A DNA stretch of 64,000 nt from Tubiluchus corallicola (Eukaryota; Animalia; Priapulida). The translations under genes and the position numbers were made by a program. Under the pieces are notes generated by a model. It was given only the letters and a program-made list of their open reading frames with translations. It was not told the origin of the DNA and searched no databases. Shown one piece after another: positions 55,485 through 64,000 of this stretch. Location of the stretch: positions 1 through 64,000 of the forward strand of contig JAQGDQ010001080.1 of the NCBI GenBank assembly GCA_030141605.1, given 5' to 3'. Within the stretch, counting starts at the first letter, position 1. Every line of letters begins with the position of its first letter.

Positions 55485-55803
55485 GAGACACAGAGAGACA
55501 CAGAGAGACAAAGAGAGGCAGAGAGACAGAGGCAGAGAGACAGAGGGAGTCACAGAGAGACACAGAGAGACAGAAACAGAGAGAGACACAGAGAGACAGA
55601 GAGAGACACAGAGACACACAGAGAGACAGAGAGAGACACAGAGAGATAGATAGAGACACAGAGACACACAGAGAGACAGAGAGAGACACAGAGAGATAGA
55701 TAGAGACACAGAGAGACACAGAGAGAGACAGAGAGAGACAAAGAGAGACACAGAGAGACACAGAGAGACAGAGAGAGAGACAAACTGAGACAGAGAGAGA
55801 CAC

Positions 55804-55872
<69 letters not shown>

Positions 55873-55972
55873 GACACAGAGAGACACAGAGAGACAGAGA
55901 GAGACACAGAGAGACAGAGAGAGACACAGAATGACAGAGAGAGACAGAGAGACAGACAGAGACAGAGACAGA
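55485..55972. repeat. GA/GACA compound microsatellite, block 1
   Basis: (GAGAGACACA)n with a pure (GA)n core. Confidence 0.97.
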
Positions 55973-57912
55973 GATTATTATTATTATAACTCTATTTTAC
56001 TATATATATTAACATAAATACATACATAATATACATAAATTCCCTCTATTTGCAGGGACGAGTATGAGCACTATTATAATAAGTTTGAAAATAATTACAA
56101 TTGTCCCTTTTAATATCACTGGTGACATTGATAACAGCAAAACATTTATATAGAAAAACATATCAATAACTACAAGCAACATAGCTAGCTTTACATTTAA
56201 ATTTATATTTACATAATTTTACGAATAACTCTTACTTTAATATATTCACTGACGGGTAGCAATCTAATTATATAAAATGACAGTAACTACACTTCACATT
56301 TTTAAAAATAAATTCCACGTTTTTTCGGCTATATTTTCCTCTTTAGCATTTTTAACAATTTCTACAAACGCATTAATAGCATTTCTACTTCTTATTCTGT
56401 ATATATCTTTAAGTTGCCTAGATGGAAGTGCAGTTTCAAGTTTCCTTCTGAGTTCGTCTTTTATTAGAGGACAGTTAAAAATTATATGTTTGGCTGTTTG
56501 CATTGCATTTACACATATCAGTTTCTATCAGACCGATTCTATTGCTAAATTCATTACAACCTCTCCCTAATAATGAGTTGAAAGCAATGGTTTCAATAAC
56601 ACGTTCATTTTTTGTTATTTGCAGATCTAAAGGTTTTGCGCAAACTTTAACTTCTTCAAAAGGGTTTCCAGCTAACTGGTTGCAATGCAACAGTTTTCTT
56701 TTCCATTATTAGAGGACAGTTAAAAATTATATGTTTGGCTGTTTGCATTGCATTTACACATATCAGTTTCTATCAGACCGATTCTATTGCTAAATTCATT
56801 ACAACCTCTCCCTAATAATGAGTTGAAAGCAATGGTTTCAATAACACGTTCATTTTTTGTTATTTGCAGATCTAAAGGTTTTGCGCAAACTTTAACTTCT
56901 TCAAAAGGGTTTCCAGCTAACTGGTTGCAATGCAACAGTTTTCTTTTCCATAGAAACGTCTTTTTGACATTCTTTCTTTGTGTATTTTAAATTGTCTTGT
57001 GGAATTGACTGTAACATTTCATTTCGATTTGCGTTCAGACCTTTAATGGTTTTTAAGAATAATCTAGTCTTATTTAGGTGTTCTGCCAGGAAATGGTTCC
57101 AATATTCAGCACTGATGTAATTCTCATCCGCCTTAATTAGTTCTTTTCTGACTAAGTCATCTGCAGGTAAAGTAAGTAATTTCAAAACTGACTTAACAGA
57201 TAAAACAGAATAAATAACATCCATTGATGGTAGTCCTGTAATTAATTAACTTTCAATTTTTGGAGGATTAAAACCTACTCCTGTTGCCGTTTTTAACACA
57301 TCATATAGTATATCGTCAAAAGCCGTGATGTTCTTTGCTAACCAAGCTATCGAGGCGTACAAAATCGTTGGAAGTACCATGATATTAAAAAGTCTCAAAA
57401 TTGTCTTCATATGCAAACCTTTGTGCCGGAAACAAAACTGCTTTATCTGGTGCCATGTTTTCCACGCCTTTTTCCTGGTATCTAGCACGTGAGCGTTAAA
57501 ATCTAATTGATTGTCCACTGTGACACCCAGCACTCTGCTTTTTCTTACATAATCAATAGGATTATTTCCAAATTTGAGGTTTGGTGGGTCTGGTTCCCAA
57601 TTCAAAATTTTTGAGTTCTTGTACAAAATGGCTTCAGTTTTGTTTTTGGCACAGTTTATGTTCATCCGCCACTTCTTACACCAAGTGTACAGTTTATCAC
57701 AACATTTTTGTGCTTTTAAGTAACATACGTAGTTTGTGTCAGCTGTGATTAGCAAAGAACCATCATCTGCATATTTAAATTTTTCACAGCATACTTCATC
57801 ATCTATTGATTCAAACATGTCAATGACATACAACAAAAACAGTAATGGTGACAAAACGGAACCTTGTGGGAGACCCAACTGACAATTGTACTTTGGAGAT
57901 GTATAGACCATT
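55973..57912 (-). mobile_element. 5'-truncated LINE (I/Jockey-group-like RT with C-terminal CCHC), (AAT) tail
   Basis: GLPQGSVLSPLLFLLYV, KYADD, WCKKWRMNIN, LGVTVDNQLDF and CKCNANSQTAKHIIFNCP; exact 245-bp internal tandem duplication at 56462-56951. Confidence 0.88.
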
Positions 57913-57914
57913 AA

Positions 57915-57991
57915 GAGACAGAGAGAGACACAGAGAGACAGAGAGAGAGACAGAGAGAGGCACAGAGAGACAGAGAGAGACAGGGACAGAA

Positions 57992-58062
<71 letters not shown>

Positions 58063-58066
58063 CAGA
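57915..58066. repeat. GA/GACA compound microsatellite, block 2
   Basis: Direct reading. Confidence 0.97.
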
Positions 58067-58578
58067 GATTCAGATTCAGATTCAATATTTTATTTCAAAC
58101 TTCGCAAAGTTCATAAACACATCACAAATTAATACATATAATACAATAAATCATGAAACACAACAATAACACAGATAACAATTAACTATATAAGAAACTA
58201 CGCCAATGACATCTAATTGCAGAAGTAAAGTTTACGTCACTGTTTAAAATGTTTTTGCATATAAAATTTTCACTCTTATTTAGCCTGACATATAAACTAT
58301 ATGCACATTTTCTGTGAATCACATCAAAATAAATAATATTAAGTCTAGTAGAAATATATCTTGCACTGGTATCATATGAAAAGTTAAAAAGCTTTCTTGT
58401 TGATACATTATATGCAACCTTGAGTTTGCTGAGATTGTAAGAATAAAAATGTCTCCAAGTGGACATACAATAAAAAGTAGTGCAGTAAGCATTAAACAAT
58501 TGTCTCTTCACGTTAACTGAACAGTGAGTAAATTTCATGAGTAATTTATTTGCTCTACCATAGTAAATTGAACATTGC
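58067..58578 (-). mobile_element. 3' end of a second LINE family (RTE-X-like C-terminus) with (TGAATC)n tail
   Basis: FTHCSVNVKRQLFNAYCTTFYCMSTW...LKVAYN...RKLF is a LINE post-RT region; it is followed by AATAAA and (TGAATC)3. The clade assignment is tentative. Confidence 0.75.
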
Positions 58579-58689
58579 CACAGAGAGACACAGAGATACA
58601 GAGACAGAGAGAGACACAGAGAGACAGAGAGAGACAGAAAGAGACAGAGACAGAGAGAAACACAGAGAGACAGAGAGAGACACAGAGAG

Positions 58690-58784
<95 letters not shown>

Positions 58785-58998
58785 GACAGAGACAGAGAGA
58801 GACAGAGAGAGACACGGAGAGACAGAGAGAGACTCAGAGAGACAGAGAGAGACTCAGAGAGACAGAGAGAGACACAGAGAGACACAGAGAGAGACACAGA
58901 GAGACAGAGAGACAGGAAGAGACAGAGAGAGACAAAGAGAGAGACACAGAGAGACAGAGAGAGACACAGAGAGACAGAGAGACACACAGAGAGACAGA
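58579..58998. repeat. GA/GACA compound microsatellite, block 3
   Basis: Direct reading. Confidence 0.97.
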
Positions 58999-59586
58999 AA
59001 CTGTAATTTATCGTTTCTTTTTGAAATTTTCATGTTTTTTTATTCAGAATTATGAATAATTCGTACTAATTTTTTTCCGATTTAGGTCACATTCAAGATC
59101 GAATCTCGCCAGGTTATGGACGAGCTGGCCAAAATTTTATTAATGATATAAGTATGCCCGGTCAAGCTGTATATAAACATATATTAATTATATTTCAAAT
59201 GTGTCATTCAGACTGTAGCAGACACGCATCTTTCATGAGCTCATGATACCTACTGAAAGAGAATCTCAATTCATCAAACTCAATGTGACAATAGGGCAAG
59301 ACCCCTATTATATATACCACCCAGCAACTAGTCCTGGGTCATTCATTTACTGCCTGTAATGATGTGACAAATATAGTTCATTTTTTTACGTCAAATTGGC
59401 CAAAATCCGAAAAAAATCAAAATGGCGGCCTATCTCCGAAACGTCTCATTTTTGATATCTAATATTTTGGCTGTGGGGTACATCTGAGGGGATCATCCAA
59501 CACTGTGAATGTGAACAGAATCGGTGATTTGTCACCTTCCACTATTTTTTGACTTTTGCATGGTTTTCTCGCGGAATGACTCTTAA

Positions 59587-59997
59587 GTGTTTAGATTGGC
59601 AAGTTAATGAATTGATTATTGTTGTAAGTTTGTCAATAAACGTTACAAGATTTTCACCTGGTTGATAAATAACGCCTATTATAATATTTTTAGTTTGATC
59701 ACAAATAATCTCTATAAATAATGATTCAATATGTTTATCAGATAAATTATACTGCCTCAAAACAGTGAAAGCTAATTCCTGGGAAATAAATATGGCAACA
59801 CCACCACCAGCTTTATGTGTACGGTTATTGTATGCTAATTTGCATCCTGGTAAGTTACATAATATGCCATGTTCCTCAGCTGACCATGATTCAATTAACG
59901 CAATATTTGAATATTTAATATTGAGTAATTGAAGATAAATACATAAATGGTCATAATTTTTTTGTAAACTACGCACATTTGAATGTAAAACGGACAA
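59587..59997 (-). pseudogene. LINE AP-endonuclease domain (N-terminal part)
   Basis: LHSNVRSL, IALIESW, GGGVAIFI, IESLFIEI and IIGVIY. Confidence 0.92.
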
Positions 59998-60065
59998 AGG
60001 AGATTAAATTGTTAATTAGAGAGTTGAATGTTGGTCATCAAAGTATTTGCTGGCTTTAATACTAT

Positions 60066-60410
60066 TTAGTCCGTTAAAATAATGTTGATCTGGATCCAGA
60101 TCAGTAATGGGCAAAGAGTCGAAATGTCGAAATTGAAATTAAATAATTCATTGTCTATCATAGATCCAATATTAGAATACCTAGTGATAAATTTGAATTC
60201 ATCGTCATCAGTGATATTGTTAAAGGGCAGAATAGTTTGTAGACAAAAGTGACAGAACCAGTTATTGTTCTTGTCAGTTAAATTGTTGTAATCAGTCAAA
60301 GTTAAATTTGTACATTTAAGATGCATCCATTGCTCACAGCAGTTGCAAAACAGTCCAAGTTGGTTATTTTTAACAGATTTAGTACATGATGAATATGGAA
60401 ATTTAGGCAT
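60066..60410 (-). pseudogene. PHD finger at the N-terminus of LINE ORF2
   Basis: KFPYSSC...CNCCEQWMHLKC...WFCHFC...LPF (first Cys decayed), directly upstream of the APE domain. Confidence 0.85.
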
Positions 60411-62306
60411 TATTCTGACGTTCCTGGCGTAATATGTACATGTGGATATGACCATGATTATTGATGATGAGAATGATGTAATATGATAAAAATAAAAAAC
60501 AAATTAATGAGTATGGGGTCAGAAGTAAAAAAATGTAGGCATATGTGATAATCAGGAGTTGAAGTGTTTACATGAAATAGCCGTAAATGATAATGTTTAA
60601 AAATTTCGACTCATAAATTTAATGTCATTTCTATTATACAACAGCTTTTAAAGGCCAAAACAAGAAACTTGACGAGAAACGTGTCCGTATAAAAACATAA
60701 AGAAAATCAGTTAAGCAGCACTGTCTACTATGAAATATTTGTACATGTGCACGTACAAGCTCGCACACATGCACACTCACACAATTAAAACACGCACCGT
60801 TCTCCGCACATCCTCAACCACACGCACCCGCACATTCAAGAGCATGTACATGCACACGAGTATTTAGGTTTCAACATAATTATAGAATTTACATGTAATT
60901 TATATGTAGATGTAGAAGCAGTACAATGTATTAAACTGTATACTGCATAACGAACTACAAAACCGGCAATAATATTTTATATATTCAAATGTTCAGGCAT
61001 TTACTAAGACTTTTGCACTCACACAATTTTTTTTGCGTATTCAATTGTTCAGGGAATCACTAGAAATATACACGTATACACTTGGATACAAGTACATCTA
61101 ATCTGACTAATCAGTTACTGATAATCATGCACCGGTTTTATGAAATGAAACCTTCGGGGATCAGGGACTTTTCCGTTAGAATCAGAGTTAACTTGACATT
61201 GATACACACAATAATTGTACAGTAATGTTCAGTGTGTACTAATCAAGTTAGCAAAATAGGGTACAGTACTGTTGCATATACCTAAATGTTCAGTGCTTAA
61301 TCGATAAGTTATAAAACGTGAAACGGAATTTGCATAAAAATAAGCTATACTATAGACGTATGACGGGGTAATATGTAAAAGTTAAAGAAAATAAGAAATA
61401 TAATGTTAAACTATTACGCACGAGAAACTACAGAATCATAGGTATACGAAACAATAAACAGTAATAAAATGTGATGACATTACAATTGCGCCGACCCATT
61501 CAATTACAGTTTGTTTATCAATCGGACAAAAGGTAAAGGTCATACTGTATGAATAAACGAGAACACAAGAACCAACGGTCCTGCAAAACGTGAACAAAAT
61601 CATGTACGCCAAAAATACAATTTATGGAAACTAGTACAGAAAGAAACCCTTCAAGTTTGAAACGAAAACTGTAACTGTGGATCAATTCATGAAAACTAAC
61701 GTATTTTTTATATTCATGAAAATACGAAAATAATATAATATAATATCTATAATATAATATAATATATAATATAATGCAGGAAGGCATATATTATTATGTA
61801 GAATACTTAAAGAATGAATGTGACAAAACACATGTATTATACAACAAGAAGAAGTGGATTAAATTAAAAATGCGACTGGCTTGCGAATTTAGCACCACTT
61901 AGAAGGATAGGCATAATTATCAAAACTAATTGCTGGCAGTTCTAAATCTCGTGGACATAGACCTATACTCCAGTAGCAGTAAAAAAGTATATATATAACT
62001 AATAAGCCTAGGTAATATTATACGAAGTACAAAATTAGATACAGGTGCCACTGGGTATACAATATTACAGTAGAATAACAAAATACCCGTTTAACGGATT
62101 AAACGCCTTACCATGTGTTGCAGAAGGTGAGACTACATGATAATAGCCTTTGAATCATTGGAAAGAAAATAGACAAGACACGCTAAGAAATTGTAAGCTG
62201 AATCAAACGAGTATGGGTAAATGTTTTACCAATAATTGAAACCAAAAATTAACTTTACCTAACATGATAAAATTACAACAATCTTACAGTTACATCAGGT
62301 TGCATC

Positions 62307-63155
62307 TCAATTAGTCGCATTAGAGCAGTCTGTTTGCAAAGGTGTAGTGTAACGCTTCAGATCTTCCAAACTAGAAATCTCAGTTATGTCAGTCCCTCCA
62401 GTCAGTTTTATGAAAACTCGGCCATCACGGGTCCAGGTGGTGCACTTTTTCATTTTTGCCATCTCCCTTGTATGTTTATAGATGCGAGCACTCAAACTCG
62501 ACAAGTGTTCGTTAATGTAAATACTGTTGTTGTTCTTGCTTGCACCAAAGTCACCTAAATTGTGCGCTCTGCACGTCTTTAATTTATTTTTATTACGAAG
62601 CAGCTCACGTTTCTTCCTTTTACTATTAAATCTAACAATGATAGGAGAACACAGTTCCGGTCTGCTACTAGGTACTCGGTGAGTATTATTAATTTTGTAC
62701 AGCTCCAATTTAACACGAATATGGTTTGCTACATCTGAAACTATCTTGACTGCATCCTCAGCGTTTGTTTCTGTCATAACAATAATTTCAAGGCAGTCAT
62801 TTCCCTGGCACCTCTCTAATTTGTTAATTTTTTCTTCTAAAGTTGTGTTAAACTGCTTCAGCTTTTTGAATCTGTCTTCCAAATCATCTTTCAGCAATGT
62901 TGTATTGGTATTAACAGAAGTCTGAACTGTCTGAACTTCGTAGAACACTGAATTGATCTTAAGTTGTTCATCCTTTAACTCTCTTATATCGTTCATTGTC
63001 TTATCAAGTGCAGTAAGCTGACTCAAAATTTTGTCCAATTTTTGGTCCTGAGTTGTTGATATTTCTACGGTTTCAATATCTGAACTATTATTCATGCCTT
63101 CTGATTGTTTATTAGCTGACCGTAATGAGCTTCGTTTATCGTTTTGCTTTGGCAT
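62307..63155 (-). CDS. LINE ORF1 protein (coiled coil plus L1-type RRM/FP25K-like CTD), 282 aa
   Basis: Coiled-coil N-terminus, then LEI, HRV, PIIVRF, IYINEHLS, WTRDGRVFIK and ISSLEDL motifs; same strand as and upstream of PHD-APE. Confidence 0.88.
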   Translation of the reverse strand: MPKQNDKRSSLRSANKQSEGMNNSSDIETVEISTTQDQKLDKILSQLTALDKTMNDIRELKDEQLKINSVFYEVQTVQTSVNTNTTLLKDDLEDRFKKLKQFNTTLEEKINKLERCQGNDCLEIIVMTETNAEDAVKIVSDVANHIRVKLELYKINNTHRVPSSRPELCSPIIVRFNSKRKKRELLRNKNKLKTCRAHNLGDFGASKNNNSIYINEHLSSLSARIYKHTREMAKMKKCTTWTRDGRVFIKLTGGTDITEISSLEDLKRYTTPLQTDCSNATN

Positions 63156-64000
63156 TTCTAATATTATTCAGTACGAACATATCATCAGTACCAAAATCGT
63201 AAACACTCATAATTAACAGCCGTAATGCATGTAAGACACGACTTCAACTCACATAGTGTGCAAGGTACAGTATCGCACTAAGTGAAGCACAGTCCGCGCG
63301 ACACGTCTGCACGCTGTGCTGGCTTAAACCTGACAACCTGACTCATCATATTGGTAAGCTCGTTCTTTAGTGTCTGGATCAAACACATAAGATGTGTTCT
63401 GTATCATAAATTTGTTCACAACTTTTACTCTCTTGATCATGCAGAATGCTAGTGTTTGTTCATATAAGTGTTAATGTAAAATTTGTAATGTGCAAGTCAA
63501 TATGTATTTCATGAGCGTTAATCCCTGGAGACGTATCATCAACTGTACATTCTTATAATGGACTTTGTGTCTTTTATATTTTATTGTTTACTACAATAAA
63601 ATTATTAATATAAATATAAAGATTGTGTTATCGACTGTAAGATAAAAGTAGTCTGTAGCGGAATAATGCAAATCATTATGATTCAAAAACCTGTTGTTAA
63701 GCAAAAACCGTTTACTATAACTATTTGGATTTGCTAGTATATCATTTCGTATTATGGTATTTGTATGTAAGCCACTATTATCTCATTAAATTTGTACAAA
63801 AGGAGTGGACGAACTACTAATTTATTTACATGTTACCCACGTTTCTGCAGAAGCAAATTGAATACACTTTCTGTAAACGCATTTCATGTTACTTGAATTA
63901 GAAGCTGAAGTGACGATAGATTTTTGCGACTATTATTCTTGAATTTTGTAACTGGAAAGTACCTAAGTTAAATTTTACGAAAATAATTTTTTACGAGGCC

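Larger units (their letters stand above)
54172..59582. mobile_element. Non-autonomous DNA transposon, Sola3-like (alternative: Kolobok), ~470-bp imperfect TIRs, TTAA TSD
   Basis: TTAA(54168-54171)|GAGTCATTCC...GGAATGACTC|TTAA(59583-59586); inverted homology 54172-54655 vs 59123-59582. Confidence 0.85.

Noticed and set aside
55386-59059. Long ER/SL-repeat ORFs, including the N-terminus of the 279-aa ORF
   Set aside because: Translations of GA/GACA arrays; only the RT part of 57246-57910 is genuine coding relic.

Overview
AT-rich eukaryotic DNA, probably from an invertebrate animal. It is a transposon graveyard with no recognisable intact host gene and no RNA genes or CRISPR arrays. The backbone is an old colinear segmental duplication: copy A at ~1-16 kb and copy B at ~21.7-53.2 kb, with B expanded by insertions and a ~1.15 kb tract apparently identical between the copies. 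Recognisable relics are a Gmr1-type Ty3/gypsy element (integrase tail upstream of RT, ORF ending at RNase H), the 3' end of a second gypsy element, piggyBac and hATm transposase pseudogenes, and several LINE fragments. The clearest structure is a three-level nest at 54.1-63.3 kb. A CR1/L2-group LINE (ORF1, PHD, APE) has its endonuclease split at a TTAA by a 5.4 kb long-TIR (GAG...CTC) Sola3-like element. The GA-rich array inside that element has in turn received two different 5'-truncated LINEs. I found no demonstrably new biological system; the best leads are listed as findings. All calls are by eye, and identities quoted are visual estimates.
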